From an uncultured virus (IMG/VR IMGVR_UViG_3300031134_000596) (Duplodnaviria; Heunggongvirae; Uroviricota; Caudoviricetes), in IMG/VR virus record IMGVR_UViG_3300031134_000596: 64,000 bases of DNA; one strand, written 5' to 3'. Below the pieces are notes generated by a model, which worked only from the letters and a program-made list of their open reading frames with translations, was not told the DNA's origin and did not search any database. The translations under genes were made by a program, and so were the position numbers. Of this stretch, positions 1-10,054 are shown piece after piece; the stretch's first letter is position 1; every line of letters begins with the position of its first letter.

Positions 1-183
1 CTATTTGTTCTTTTTAGCAGCCTTCTTCGCTTTCCTGAAAGCCCCCTCGTAGATGCTGTAATCAACAAGTCTATGTTCAGCGCCCTTACGACTCTTTCCT
101 TGAGCTACTTTAGCTGCATCTTCTCTTCCTTTGAGAATTAACCGCCTAATTTCTGCATAACGTTTCGTTTTTCTACTCATCAT
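1..183 (-). CDS. small basic hypothetical protein
   Basis: 60-aa K/R-rich ORF, AAGGAA SD-like sequence upstream. Confidence 0.5.
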   Translation of the reverse strand: MMSRKTKRYAEIRRLILKGREDAAKVAQGKSRKGAEHRLVDYSIYEGAFRKAKKAAKKNK

Positions 184-338
184 TATTCCTTCTTTTCCTT
201 ATCTCTATCTTACCACTTTAAAAGCCATAAAAGAAGGGGCATACAGTCAATTTTGGGAATGGTTTGACCCCCAGAATGGTTACATTTAGAGAAGATAAGT
301 TGGCTACAAATTGTATTCAACGGACATGGACAGGACAC

Positions 339-827
339 ATGCAAACCTTTTTACCTTACGCAGATTTCGAAGCATCAGTTCAAGCTCTTGATTACAAAAG
401 GTTAGGAAAACAAAGAGTAGAGACTTACCAGATTCTCAAAGCTCTTCTTGGTTCACAAGGAGGTCTACATGGCGGATGGGCTCGTCACCCAGCTTCCCGT
501 ATGTGGGAAGGCTATGAATTAGCTCTACTCAAATACCAAGAAGAAACCATCAAAGAATGGGTAGGTGTTAGAGGCTATAAAGATACCTGTTGGGAGAAAT
601 CTTGTGCACTGTTCACCCCAGAACAATTAGAAGACTATGCTGCAGGTAACTATGAAATGCCAGAATGGTTCGGCAACGAAGACTTCCACAACGCACACAT
701 TTCGAATTTGCTAAGAAAAGACTCTGAATTTTATGCGTTAGCTTTAGGTCGCCCTGTTCCTGACAATTTAGAATACATCTGGCCAGGCAAAACATTGGAA
801 GAAGCAAAAATAGCTCAAAACGTTTGA
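339..827 (+). CDS. MSMEG_6728-like / pyrimidine-dimer DNA glycosylase-like protein
   Basis: MQTFLPYADF..LDYKRLGKQRVETYQIL..HPASRMWEGYELAL signature; start moved to ATG 339 (CAGGA SD). Confidence 0.8.
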   Translation: MQTFLPYADFEASVQALDYKRLGKQRVETYQILKALLGSQGGLHGGWARHPASRMWEGYELALLKYQEETIKEWVGVRGYKDTCWEKSCALFTPEQLEDYAAGNYEMPEWFGNEDFHNAHISNLLRKDSEFYALALGRPVPDNLEYIWPGKTLEEAKIAQNV

Positions 828-902
828 CGCTAAGGTTGCTTTTACCCTTCTCTTCAGATAGCATATAACCAATAGCAGTCTTGGTTATCAACTTGGAGAG
901 AA

Positions 903-1472
903 ATGCCTGTCGCCACCACACGTGGATATCGTGTTGCCATCAGCTGGGATGAGTTTGACCATGACTTCATCTACCGTTACAGTGAGTGGTATGACATGGG
1001 TCACGGTATCAACAACCGAGACACAGCAATTGCTTCTGCTGAGAAGAACTATGGAGCGGATTCTCGCAACAGTGCGGTCTCTTACAAAATCGAAGAGAAG
1101 ACCACTATTACAACTACAGATGTTGACATCAGCGAAGATGAAGTGGTGACAGAAACTACCACTGTCGTTGTTCGTACTGAAGTTTTCTGCACTCGCTACC
1201 GTAAGCTTGCTGAGTACACTCAAAGTGTGCTGGTCCCGCGTCGTGCAGCTGAGCAGCGTCGAGTTGATTCAGGTGAAGCAGCTTTGGAAGAAGCCTACCT
1301 TCAAGAAATCGAAGACAACACGAAACGTCACAGTAACAACGAAGCTATGGTCTACACTGCAACAATTGCATACTTCAACTTCAAAGACATGGAAATCCCT
1401 GCCTACATGGTTCCTCCTGTAGCAACACCTAAGAAGAAGAATCTCATCAAGAAGGTACTCCGACTCAAATGA
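903..1472 (+). CDS. hypothetical protein
   Basis: GGAG SD, 189-aa ORF, followed by terminator. Confidence 0.75.
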   Translation: MPVATTRGYRVAISWDEFDHDFIYRYSEWYDMGHGINNRDTAIASAEKNYGADSRNSAVSYKIEEKTTITTTDVDISEDEVVTETTTVVVRTEVFCTRYRKLAEYTQSVLVPRRAAEQRRVDSGEAALEEAYLQEIEDNTKRHSNNEAMVYTATIAYFNFKDMEIPAYMVPPVATPKKKNLIKKVLRLK

Positions 1473-1477
1473 GAATC

Positions 1478-1525
1478 AAATAGCAAAGTCCCTCCAAATT
1501 CTGGTTTGGAGGGACTTTGCTATTT
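1478..1525. terminator. bidirectional intrinsic terminator
   Basis: 21-bp perfect inverted repeat between convergent genes. Confidence 0.85.
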
Positions 1526-1544
1526 AACTCGGGCTCAGCTGACT

Positions 1545-1853
1545 TTAGCCGTTAGCCTTCTTAGTGAGCTCAGCTGCTTTAGCCTGAAGAACAGCTGCCT
1601 GAGCCAACAGTTCAGCACGGAGCTGTTCAGCAGCTGACTGCCCTGTCTCAAACTGCTCAATCTCGTCAAGAGTCTTCGCTACATCAGAGTAATCGTTGCC
1701 ACCCTGCATGAAAGCGTCGCTGTCCCTGACATCTACCTGAAGAAGAGCACTGATTCGCTCGTCAATCAGATAATGGTCGCCAACTTTGTCCAGTTTGCCG
1801 TCAACATACAGTGCTGACCAATCGCTTGATCCTGAATAACGTACAAGTTCCAT
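1545..1853 (-). CDS. hypothetical protein (phage-like)
   Basis: ORF with AAAAGG SD upstream of MELVRYS. Confidence 0.7.
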   Translation of the reverse strand: MELVRYSGSSDWSALYVDGKLDKVGDHYLIDERISALLQVDVRDSDAFMQGGNDYSDVAKTLDEIEQFETGQSAAEQLRAELLAQAAVLQAKAAELTKKANG

Positions 1854-2001
1854 AACATCAACCTTTTCTCTCAACACTTCTTCACAATAGAAGAAATAAC
1901 CTCATCATTGTACCAGGAAAACAAAGATGCGTCCACCCTAAAAGCGGATTAGGATAGTGATGGTTTTTGCTTTATACTCTGAGTAAAAGAAAGGTTGAAC
2001 T

Positions 2002-2226
2002 ATGATTTTCGCTGTATGGTCTGAAGGTTATAACGCAACAGGTGAGAACTCGCCGGCTGTTCTTTTAGGGACGGCAGACACTCCTGATTTTGATTCTGCT
2101 GTCCGTTTTGTTCAAGCTCGGTCAGATTCCCCTGAACTGTACCACCAGCATGATGACGGGCATTGGACTTACTGGGGTTGTCGCTTGTTTGATAACCGCA
2201 CAGAAGCTGTTATCTCATTCGGTTAA
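2002..2226 (+). CDS. hypothetical phage-like protein
   Basis: VWSEGY..TG...YWGCRLFDN motif; AAAGG SD. Confidence 0.7.
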   Translation: MIFAVWSEGYNATGENSPAVLLGTADTPDFDSAVRFVQARSDSPELYHQHDDGHWTYWGCRLFDNRTEAVISFG

Positions 2227-2232
2227 GATAAG

Positions 2233-3048
2233 CTACTTTGCAAACATTTTTGCTGGTATTGTGTTGTTTGGCCAGCGGACATAAAAACCAGTCTGGGATA
2301 GGAACTGTCTGGCTGGTTCATTGAACTTCGCTTCCCATTCAGAGTTGGTAGGAAAACGCTCTTTAGTCAACCAATCAACAGATAAAGCTGACCTGTAGCA
2401 GTAGTTGTACTCATACCCTGTATCCAAGTAGAACTTCACCAACCTGTTGCGATGAGATAACGCATTCGCATGCTTCGCTTCAGCACGGTCTGAATTTTCT
2501 GGGATGGTTCCATCTCCTACGTTGGTAGGTACTCCAGATAAGAATTTGCCGTTCTCATCTGCATGCTTCATCAGAATACTCCGCAAATGACGCCCAATTC
2601 CGTAACTTCTCAAATCAGCATCGACTTTGATGTCTACAGTTACTGAGGTGTATCCATTCAGCGTGTCCTCATACAGTTGATAACGTAGGCCTTCAGGGTA
2701 TGTTGCATAAGCGTAGGCTTCTATGTCTTCAACGTTATCAAAAGAAGGTATGACGGTTTTGTCTACCGCTTGTACTTGCTCAACTAAATCTGGGCGAGTC
2801 AAAGGAACATGGACAAGAGCTCTTCCGCCAGTGACAGCATCTTTCAGCCTCAAAGCTGCAAAACCATCCTGCTCCATAAGCATGACAGCTTCAGGGTTGC
2901 TCATCTCTTTGGCTTTTAGGTAAGTGCTAATGTCTTGATCTTTCAGGGCTTTATCCATCGCATGTTTGATAGATAGTCCTTCAGGACAGCGAGGATCACC
3001 GCATCCACCCATCTGATGCTTTTTGGATCGGCATTTTTGTATTCCCAT
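2233..3048 (-). CDS. Cys-tag protein with GNAT acetyltransferase-like domain
   Basis: N-term KCRSKK..CGDPRCPEG; GNAT motif-A-like VDADLRSYGIGRHL and LVKFYLDTGY. Confidence 0.65.
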   Translation of the reverse strand: MGIQKCRSKKHQMGGCGDPRCPEGLSIKHAMDKALKDQDISTYLKAKEMSNPEAVMLMEQDGFAALRLKDAVTGGRALVHVPLTRPDLVEQVQAVDKTVIPSFDNVEDIEAYAYATYPEGLRYQLYEDTLNGYTSVTVDIKVDADLRSYGIGRHLRSILMKHADENGKFLSGVPTNVGDGTIPENSDRAEAKHANALSHRNRLVKFYLDTGYEYNYCYRSALSVDWLTKERFPTNSEWEAKFNEPARQFLSQTGFYVRWPNNTIPAKMFAK

Positions 3049-3121
3049 GCAATGTATCTAACAGATCAAGAAAGAGAAAAAGGAGAAGCTTCGAAACAAG
3101 CTTCTCCTTTTTCTCAGGGTT

Positions 3122-3436
3122 TTACCTCGAAATGGTCTGCAGCATCAGTACGGTCTCTTTCTGCCTACGCATGATTTCGTGAGCTGTGTGAGCAACAGCC
3201 TGACGATTGTTCACCTGAATGGTTCCCATGTTGGTAACCATATCAACTGAGTAATGGACATCTACGTAGCACTTGTTATCAGGACCAATCTCGTCTGAGA
3301 CAGGTACGAAGCTGGGGTCAAGAATGACCTGAATCAAGCCAAGCGGGATGTTGGGCGTAGTCCAGTCAGAGTGACGAAGTTCGCAAGACAGAGTGACTGA
3401 ACTACCATCAGGGTAAGAGTAAGTGTTCTTGTACAT
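3122..3436 (-). CDS. hypothetical protein
   Basis: AGGAGG SD, 104 aa. Confidence 0.7.
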   Translation of the reverse strand: MYKNTYSYPDGSSVTLSCELRHSDWTTPNIPLGLIQVILDPSFVPVSDEIGPDNKCYVDVHYSVDMVTNMGTIQVNNRQAVAHTAHEIMRRQKETVLMLQTISR

Positions 3437-3576
3437 TATGCCTCCTGGGGTCTGTAGGTACTGATGCTAACGAGGATCAACCTATCAGGGTTAGTAGCCC
3501 AATGCAAGTTCTAGTCATAGTCCGTTTCCTGGTTTCTATGAGTAATTGCAGTAAGTCAGAAAAACAAACAAAATCA

Positions 3577-3873
3577 TTATGACTTAGCAGAGTTCCCTTG
3601 TGGCTGACGTATAGCTGGAATTGGTAGGGTAGGGTTCCATGTAGAAGGATCATGAGTGTAGATGATTCTTACATCAGGAAAAGAAGCTAAGTCTTTAGCG
3701 TTGAATTCCCCTGGAACGAAAGCACTAACAAAATCGCGGAAGTAGTTGTCTTCAGCTGCACGCACAACTAAGTGTTCCAAAGCAGGTAACAGTTCTGGAT
3801 CGTCAACATCAGCAGGAACGCTGAATCCAACAATACTTCCAGTGGGTAATGCCAATAGTTCTTCAACAGTCAT
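3577..3873 (-). CDS. hypothetical protein
   Basis: AAGGAG SD, 98 aa. Confidence 0.7.
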   Translation of the reverse strand: MTVEELLALPTGSIVGFSVPADVDDPELLPALEHLVVRAAEDNYFRDFVSAFVPGEFNAKDLASFPDVRIIYTHDPSTWNPTLPIPAIRQPQGNSAKS

Positions 3874-4006
3874 GAGGACTCCTTTTTAGGTGGGTTACTA
3901 CTGTACCATTTTAGCCCTTGTCGACTCAAAATGGGAGTTATATTATATAGATAACTCGCCTCTCATCAGGAAAAATATTTTTGTAAACTAATTTTGGGGA
4001 TCAGAG

Positions 4007-4035
4007 TTGACAACCAGATTTTGGAGGAGTATAGT
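4007..4035 (+). promoter_or_regulatory. sigma-70/sigma-A type promoter
   Basis: TTGACA-N17-TATAGT. Confidence 0.85.
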
Positions 4036-4054
4036 CTCACTTGTAAGAAACCAA

Positions 4055-4090
4055 CGGGGTTACTTGAACGCCCGACAAAACAACAAGAAA
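4055..4090 (+). promoter_or_regulatory. conserved 5' leader hairpin, copy 1
   Basis: CGGG-GTT-ACTTG-AAC-G-CCCG then AAAACAACAAGAAA; repeated at 30506 and 30911. Confidence 0.75.
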
Positions 4091-4100
4091 TGAAAATCTA

Positions 4101-4559
4101 ATGGCTATTCGCAATGACCAGATTCGTCCCGCTCTCACCTCGGCAATGGATGCTCTTCCTATCCATTCGTATGGTGAAAGGGGACTCGGCAACTACCGCA
4201 TCTTCCTCGAAGGACTTGTTCCTTATCCTTTCGGTCTTGCAGCTCGCAAGCTGAAGAACGGTCGCATGAAGCTGACTCTTTCGGCTGATGCTTACTACGG
4301 ACTTTACGGCACGAACCTTTTCGAGGGTATTCCTACTGTTGAACTCACCGCAGGTCAGTTCATGGACCCTGATACGCTGGGTGAAGCTATCCTGGCTCTT
4401 ATCGAGCAGGAGAAGGCAATGTTCATCCCTCGGGTTGCTCCAGTGAACACTGCAGACCTTGCTTACCCTGATTTGGTTCTCGACTACATTTACCGCAACG
4501 GTTACACCGGAACAGAGAAGAACCAGGAATACCTTCGCTCGTTTGGTATGACTGTCTAA
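4101..4559 (+). CDS. hypothetical protein
   Basis: 152-aa ORF between strong promoter and terminator. Confidence 0.8.
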   Translation: MAIRNDQIRPALTSAMDALPIHSYGERGLGNYRIFLEGLVPYPFGLAARKLKNGRMKLTLSADAYYGLYGTNLFEGIPTVELTAGQFMDPDTLGEAILALIEQEKAMFIPRVAPVNTADLAYPDLVLDYIYRNGYTGTEKNQEYLRSFGMTV

Positions 4560-4658
4560 CCACTAAAGCCTGAAGCCCCATATAACAGTGGGGCTTCAGG
4601 CTTTTAATGATGAAACAGGTTGGGTCTGACAGAATTTCGTGCTGTCAGACCCAACCTG

Positions 4659-5390
4659 CTAGGAGAGTTTATATGAACGAGGAACGGCAACATTCCAACC
4701 GCTGGCAATTTCAACATAACCAGCAGCATTCAAAAGCTTGGTCATTCCAGGAATGTGTCCAGCTCCCCACACAAGAGTGACTGGCTTGGTCTCTTTCAAA
4801 GCTGCCTCGATGGCAATCTCGTTCCGGTAATCAAGAATCGCCGGGTCCGTATTCAGAGCAGCAGGACTGAAAGTTTTGAAGAACTTCTGAATGATTTGAA
4901 CCCAACCCATGTTCTTAATAACCCAGACCATGACCTTGCCTACTTCAGATTCAGACTCTTTTAACTCTTCAAACTTGTCGACTGCTTCTGACATGTTTTT
5001 CAGAGATTCAACCGTCATTCGCCTAGCGACAGAAAGAACATCCGCGTCGATGTTTTTAGCGTTCAGGCCTTCGATTTTCAAGCCAGCTTTCTGGAAAGTC
5101 AACTTAGTAACTTCAGCCATCTTCAGAGAAATTGAAGCCATGCTCTTCAGGCTTTCAACCTTCTCACTCTCCTCCTCTGACAAAGGACCAACAAATCCTT
5201 TGACTCCTTCGAGGTGGAGAACTCCCTCTTTCGAAGCCTGGTTCATGAAATCTTGCAAGTTAGCCCAAAAGCTGTCATGAGCAAGATGCATAACACCAGC
5301 AATATTAATGACATGCTGAGTGGCAGGGTTCTGGAACCGTACTGTCTTCACTTCCAAACCTGCGAAGGTGGAACGAACAGATGAAGGCAT
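4659..5390 (-). CDS. TraB/GumN-like protein
   Basis: GVMHLA..LEGV..RNEIAI..VWGAGHIPGM motif pattern. Confidence 0.55.
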   Translation of the reverse strand: MPSSVRSTFAGLEVKTVRFQNPATQHVINIAGVMHLAHDSFWANLQDFMNQASKEGVLHLEGVKGFVGPLSEEESEKVESLKSMASISLKMAEVTKLTFQKAGLKIEGLNAKNIDADVLSVARRMTVESLKNMSEAVDKFEELKESESEVGKVMVWVIKNMGWVQIIQKFFKTFSPAALNTDPAILDYRNEIAIEAALKETKPVTLVWGAGHIPGMTKLLNAAGYVEIASGWNVAVPRSYKLS

Positions 5391-5486
5391 TGATGACCTA
5401 ACTTTTAGAGTAGTGATGTTGAGAACATTCTACCAACAAATAGGGGGTACGTCAAACCTGGTTCGACGTACCCCTTGCCTCATTTG

Positions 5487-5927
5487 TTAGTAGATTCTAA
5501 TCGATACACCACTCATGAGGTCTTGACCAGTGTATTTTTCAGGACACTCTGCTTTGGATTCGAGGAAGAAATCCCCAAATCTTCCTTGGTCTGAACTATC
5601 ACGTTCACGGAAGTAAAAGTCATCACTGGATCGGAATGTTACCTCAGTTCCTTCAAGTAATTCAAGGTCTTCCAAAAGCCAATCATCGTTGCATCCATCT
5701 GCATAGGAGTAAGTATCGACAAGCCATTTTTTCAGATAAGCCAGAGCTGTTTGCTCATCCGAAGTTCCTTCAACATACCAATAACCGCCATCTTCACCAA
5801 ACTCCTCGGCAGTCAGCTTAGGAGTTGGCTCTCCTTTAGCGACATGCTGTAAAGCTACAATGTAAGATTCGCCAGTTTCAGCTGCCCGAGCTCGAACAGT
5901 TTTCTTTAGGGAGTTGTTCTTCGTCAT
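5487..5927 (-). CDS. hypothetical protein with N-terminal RxRxAxTGE motif
   Basis: MTKNNSLKKTVRARAAETGESYIVA; same N-terminal motif as 31646..32710. Confidence 0.7.
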   Translation of the reverse strand: MTKNNSLKKTVRARAAETGESYIVALQHVAKGEPTPKLTAEEFGEDGGYWYVEGTSDEQTALAYLKKWLVDTYSYADGCNDDWLLEDLELLEGTEVTFRSSDDFYFRERDSSDQGRFGDFFLESKAECPEKYTGQDLMSGVSIRIY

Positions 5928-5944
5928 AATTTTCTCATTCAATC

Positions 5945-6081
5945 CTGCAAACACCCCACGCCTGCTCACATATGTCTATGAGGAAACGGAACGAACAGGA
6001 TTCACAGGGAACCTTCCTTCTCATTAACGTCAGCTACGTGGGAGCTTTGACGTTTCAAAGATGGGCTGCTGTTACAGCCAT
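5945..6081 (-). ncRNA. candidate structured pseudoknotted 5'-leader RNA, copy A
   Basis: shares sequence blocks and covarying stems with 31505..31630; TATTAT -10 at 6088-6093. Confidence 0.65.
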
Positions 6082-6123
6082 GAGAAAATAATACCATGAG
6101 GTGGAACAGCGGGTGAGAAAACG

Positions 6124-6561
6124 TTACCTGTTCAGTTTGAGGTGGAATGTAGAGGATGGAAGAATTTCTTTCAGGTCTTCTCTTACATAGAGGTTGTTGT
6201 TGTATCTCCATGTGTCTAAAGTTTCATGAACTGCGACCTGCCAATTTCCTTGAACGTCTTGCCACATGTAGTGTTCATCCACTGCTATGTTTTTACCGGT
6301 CTGAATGATTTCGATTTTCCAGTCATCATGTTCGTACAGTGTAACTCGGGACCCGTCTTCAAGCTTGAGGTCTAACACCGGACCAAAATTGTTGGTGGTG
6401 TAGACCCTTGAGACGGTTCCTGTAAGTTCTGGGATTCGGGCGTCTTCTTCATCCCAGGGTAGATCGATGTCAGGAAGGTAGAGGTCTTTGTTGTATTCAG
6501 GATTAAACATGCGAACATTGTCGTTTTCCCGAAGGGCAGAGAAATAGTGGTGAATAGTCAT
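6124..6561 (-). CDS. hypothetical protein
   Basis: GGAG SD before MTIHHYF. Confidence 0.65.
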   Translation of the reverse strand: MTIHHYFSALRENDNVRMFNPEYNKDLYLPDIDLPWDEEDARIPELTGTVSRVYTTNNFGPVLDLKLEDGSRVTLYEHDDWKIEIIQTGKNIAVDEHYMWQDVQGNWQVAVHETLDTWRYNNNLYVREDLKEILPSSTFHLKLNR

Positions 6562-6750
6562 AGTAGAAGCTCCAATTAGTAGATGATGAGGAAAGTAGGT
6601 ATACACATCTCATCTTTGGAGGAGCTCTGGAACTGATCTACAAGAAAATATTCATGTGTAAACCATATCATGAAAGTATTTCTAAAGTCAACAAAAGATA
6701 GTTGATCTACCACTTAGTGGCACCTGGCTTACAACTGTTAGAAATCTCAC

Positions 6751-7518
6751 ATGATGAAAAGTTTTTTCAAAAGTAGAGCCATCCGATCAGAAATACGCAA
6801 ATGTCGTTCAGTTGATCCTTCACAGTGTCGATACCATAGTCTTTACACTGGTCTGGCTGCTGCCGTGGAAGAAAAGGATATGAGCCGCTACTTAGACCTG
6901 AAAACAGCAATCTCAGAAGCAAATCGTGAAGCAGAACTGAAAGGGTTTATTGACGAGTCCAGCATCAGTTCAGAACCCGAATCAGCAATAGGCAAAAATG
7001 AAGAAGCTGAAAAATTGCTTGCAATTGGTGACTTCTTGACTGATGACAAGGGAATCATCCAGGTGTACAGCAAAGACACTATAAGTTTTGAAAAAGATTA
7101 CAGCGCCATGTATACTTTTGGAGAGTTTACTGACTTGGAAACGGCTAAACAACTTCATCAAGATGACCTCTACAAGAAACTCCAAAATGGTGACTGTGCT
7201 GACTTAGCTCATGAGTTGTACAATAACAACCCACATGTTGTGAACATCTCAGAAGTCAATATTGGAGAAAGAATGCCAGGTATGGAAGAAGATGAATCCA
7301 TTCATGTCATTGCTTTACTCAAAGACGGTAACTATGTGGACAGCCTTGGAATCTGGAGCAAAGAAACGATGGAAGCCGCTTGGAAGCAAATCGACCCTAC
7401 ATCCCGTGTTACAGATTTCCCTTCCTTTGAAAAGAAAAAACCTTCACCAAATAACCTCCATCCCATCAACAATACAATTCGCAGAATGACGGATGCTTAT
7501 TTCGAGAACAAGCAATAA
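6751..7518 (+). CDS. Cys-tag protein with papain/transglutaminase-like C-H-D domain
   Basis: N-term KCRSVDPSQCRYHS; C-term GDCADLAHEL...HVIALLKDGNYVDSLG. Confidence 0.6.
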   Translation: MMKSFFKSRAIRSEIRKCRSVDPSQCRYHSLYTGLAAAVEEKDMSRYLDLKTAISEANREAELKGFIDESSISSEPESAIGKNEEAEKLLAIGDFLTDDKGIIQVYSKDTISFEKDYSAMYTFGEFTDLETAKQLHQDDLYKKLQNGDCADLAHELYNNNPHVVNISEVNIGERMPGMEEDESIHVIALLKDGNYVDSLGIWSKETMEAAWKQIDPTSRVTDFPSFEKKKPSPNNLHPINNTIRRMTDAYFENKQ

Positions 7519-7543
7519 GTTCACCAGCGATGCACGTAACTAC

Positions 7544-7597
7544 AACAAATAGGTAATGCCCAAGCTTTGTGTATAGCTTGGGCATTACCTATTTGTT
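7544..7597. terminator. bidirectional intrinsic terminator
   Basis: 23-bp inverted repeat between convergent genes. Confidence 0.8.
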
Positions 7598-7781
7598 ATT
7601 TATTGTACAGTCTCTGTTCTCTTCGAGCTTTCATCCGAAGAAGAATCAGCCCTTGCGGAGGAGCAATGAACTTATGGCTTATACCAAGTTCACTTACCCA
7701 CAGTCCGCTGGCTCCATGTGACCAGCTTTCACCACACACAGCACATGAGTTAGGGTCAGGGATAACGATGTCCTTCGACAT
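7596..7781 (-). CDS. small Zn-binding hypothetical protein
   Basis: CAVC..H...H motif; GGAAAG SD. Confidence 0.55.
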   Translation of the reverse strand: MSKDIVIPDPNSCAVCGESWSHGASGLWVSELGISHKFIAPPQGLILLRMKARREQRLYNK

Positions 7782-7975
7782 GTTTTCATCTTTCCGCACC
7801 AGTCAACAGTTTAGGATTAACCAATTCAATCCTACGTGACAAAAGATAATTTACCACAGAGTTGTAGCAGTAGTCAACAAATATCTAGGGTTTTCGTCAA
7901 AATGACTAAAAATGAACCGATACTTAGAAATGAGTTACAATTAGACTATCAACAAACGATGAAAGGAACACTATC

Positions 7976-8980
7976 ATGGGATACGGAACCTACTCAACAA
8001 GAGCTTACGCAGCCACAACAGGAGCAAAGATTGCTTCTGGTTCAACCTTCGGATACGACCGCACAGCTCGTTCAACCGGACGCTACGAAGCCCACGATTC
8101 ACTTGACCCTAAGAAACTGAACGCTGAAGGCAAGAACCTCCGCGAATCTCGTGATGGTGCAGACCACCCTAATGCTGTACCTATCGTAGTCGGATTCGAC
8201 AGCACAGGCTCAATGGCTAACACTCCCCGAATCGTGCAGGAGAAACTTGCCAACCTGTTCGGTCTTCTCCTCCGTAAAGGCTACGTAGAAGACCCACAGA
8301 TTTCCATTGCCACATACGGTGATGCATACTGTGACCGTGTGCCACTCCAGATTTCACAGTTCGAGTCAGACAACAAGATTGACGACAACCTCGACAACCT
8401 TCTTCTCGAAGGTGGCGGTGGTGGAAACGGTGGCGAGACCGCAACCCTTCTCTGGTACTACCTCAACAACCATGTGGCTACTGACGCTTGGGACAAGCGT
8501 GGCAAGAAAGGCTACCTGTTCTTGATTGCTGACGAAGTTGCCCTGGATTTGCGTCCTGACCAGATTACCAAATTCGTTGGTGCCACAGAAGCCCCTGCAG
8601 CTTCTGAACTGACAGCTGAGAAGCTTGCTTCGAAGTTGCAGGAGAAGTGGGAAGTGTTTGTTCTCCTCCTCGACAACCTTAGTGCTCACAGCCAGGGTTC
8701 GAAGAAGTTCTACGAGAACCTCTTCGGAGCCAAGAACCTCATCATCCTTGAAAACGATGAAACAGTCAGTGAGACCATCGGTGCTGTTCTGGGTCGCATG
8801 GAGAATGATGACTTGGATGATGACGAACTCATCGATGACCTTGTTTCTGAGGGTGCTACTAAAGCTATTGCAGAGAAGACTGCAACTGCTGTCGCTCGTC
8901 TTGGTAACGCTCCTCGCGGGTCTGTTGCGAAGACTAACGTTCGCGTAGACACTTCCGACACAGGTGTTGAGTTCCTGTAA
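7976..8980 (+). CDS. vWA (MIDAS) domain protein
   Basis: FDSTGSM MIDAS, EGGGGGNGGE, FLIADE; AAAGGA SD. Confidence 0.85.
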   Translation: MGYGTYSTRAYAATTGAKIASGSTFGYDRTARSTGRYEAHDSLDPKKLNAEGKNLRESRDGADHPNAVPIVVGFDSTGSMANTPRIVQEKLANLFGLLLRKGYVEDPQISIATYGDAYCDRVPLQISQFESDNKIDDNLDNLLLEGGGGGNGGETATLLWYYLNNHVATDAWDKRGKKGYLFLIADEVALDLRPDQITKFVGATEAPAASELTAEKLASKLQEKWEVFVLLLDNLSAHSQGSKKFYENLFGAKNLIILENDETVSETIGAVLGRMENDDLDDDELIDDLVSEGATKAIAEKTATAVARLGNAPRGSVAKTNVRVDTSDTGVEFL

Positions 8981-9110
8981 GAATTCATGAAAGAGGGGAC
9001 TAATCATTTCAATATGGTTAGTCCCCTCTTTTTCGTTGATTGTTTGTCCGATACAGACTGAACTATTACCCAACCTTGCGCGATATAGCTATCTCAGTTA
9101 TACTACAATT

Positions 9111-9956
9111 ATGACAATGTACTCTGCATACCTGGAAGAAGACCAAGCTTTTGTTCAGCTGTCTTCTCAGCAGATCAATCAAACTGTTCAAGACAGAGGA
9201 ATTCTTTTACTGAAAGAAATTTTGGCTCTTTTCCCACAACAGGATGTTAACTTAACTCCGAATGCACAGGGACAAGCCAGAGAAGCACTCTTGAAAGTGC
9301 TAACCCGCAAACCAACACGACCTGAGAAAAACAACCAGCTTGTTGTTGAACATCTGTACTCCTACAATGCTGACTTTGATAATTTCACTGCCTCTTTCTT
9401 CTACGCATACAGACAAGGTGTACTATATTTCAAGTATTCAGTTGATGGAAAAGCTGGACCGAGCAGAATTTTGTCGGAAGACCTTCTCAGCTTAGGTCAT
9501 TGGCAGTCATACAAAAATGGTGAGATTACCATTCACCCGTCATCTCTGTCGGAGAATAAAACCAATCTTCAGTTGCTGCCAACTCCTGATGTTGTTCTGC
9601 CTTCGAAAAGCAAAACGCAGGTAGAAGTAGAAATCCTTCTTGATGGCTTGTATGCACAAGAGAGAAAGCTCAGGACCGGAACTCTGTCAATCGAACAGGA
9701 GCATGTCCTTGATTCAACTATGGCTTCATGCCAGCAGATTGAAACTCTTATCTCAGGCAGTCGAGATTTTGCTACAAAAGACCAACAAGAAAAAGTCTAT
9801 TCGAACGCTATTCCAGCTTTGGACATGTTAGCTGTGCAACTTGATGTTGTCCGACAAGAGCTGAATGCAGATGTGCTGCGTGAACTCACTATCATGCAGA
9901 GCTACTTGGTGTCCAAGCGCAGCAATCTGACCCTGCCGGATAGTTCTGATGAATAG
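9111..9956 (+). CDS. hypothetical protein with C-terminal helical domain (paralog of 10055..10840)
   Basis: leaderless TATACT-N6-ATG; C-term KLR..LS.EQ ... DVLREL..MQSYL shared with next gene. Confidence 0.7.
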   Translation: MTMYSAYLEEDQAFVQLSSQQINQTVQDRGILLLKEILALFPQQDVNLTPNAQGQAREALLKVLTRKPTRPEKNNQLVVEHLYSYNADFDNFTASFFYAYRQGVLYFKYSVDGKAGPSRILSEDLLSLGHWQSYKNGEITIHPSSLSENKTNLQLLPTPDVVLPSKSKTQVEVEILLDGLYAQERKLRTGTLSIEQEHVLDSTMASCQQIETLISGSRDFATKDQQEKVYSNAIPALDMLAVQLDVVRQELNADVLRELTIMQSYLVSKRSNLTLPDSSDE

Positions 9957-10054
9957 GTTCTTCCAAATAAGATAAACAGGTGATGCTCCACTTCTGCATG
10001 ATAAAGTGGAGCATCACCTGTTTTCAGTTTGATCGAATGAGAAAGTTTTTATAG

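Noticed and set aside
8366..9073. Long antisense ORFs (also 17504..18010, 20563..21069, 35460..36014, 53337..53903, 57976..58611)
   Set aside because: They are shadows of well-supported genes on the opposite strand, with no SD or recognisable motifs.
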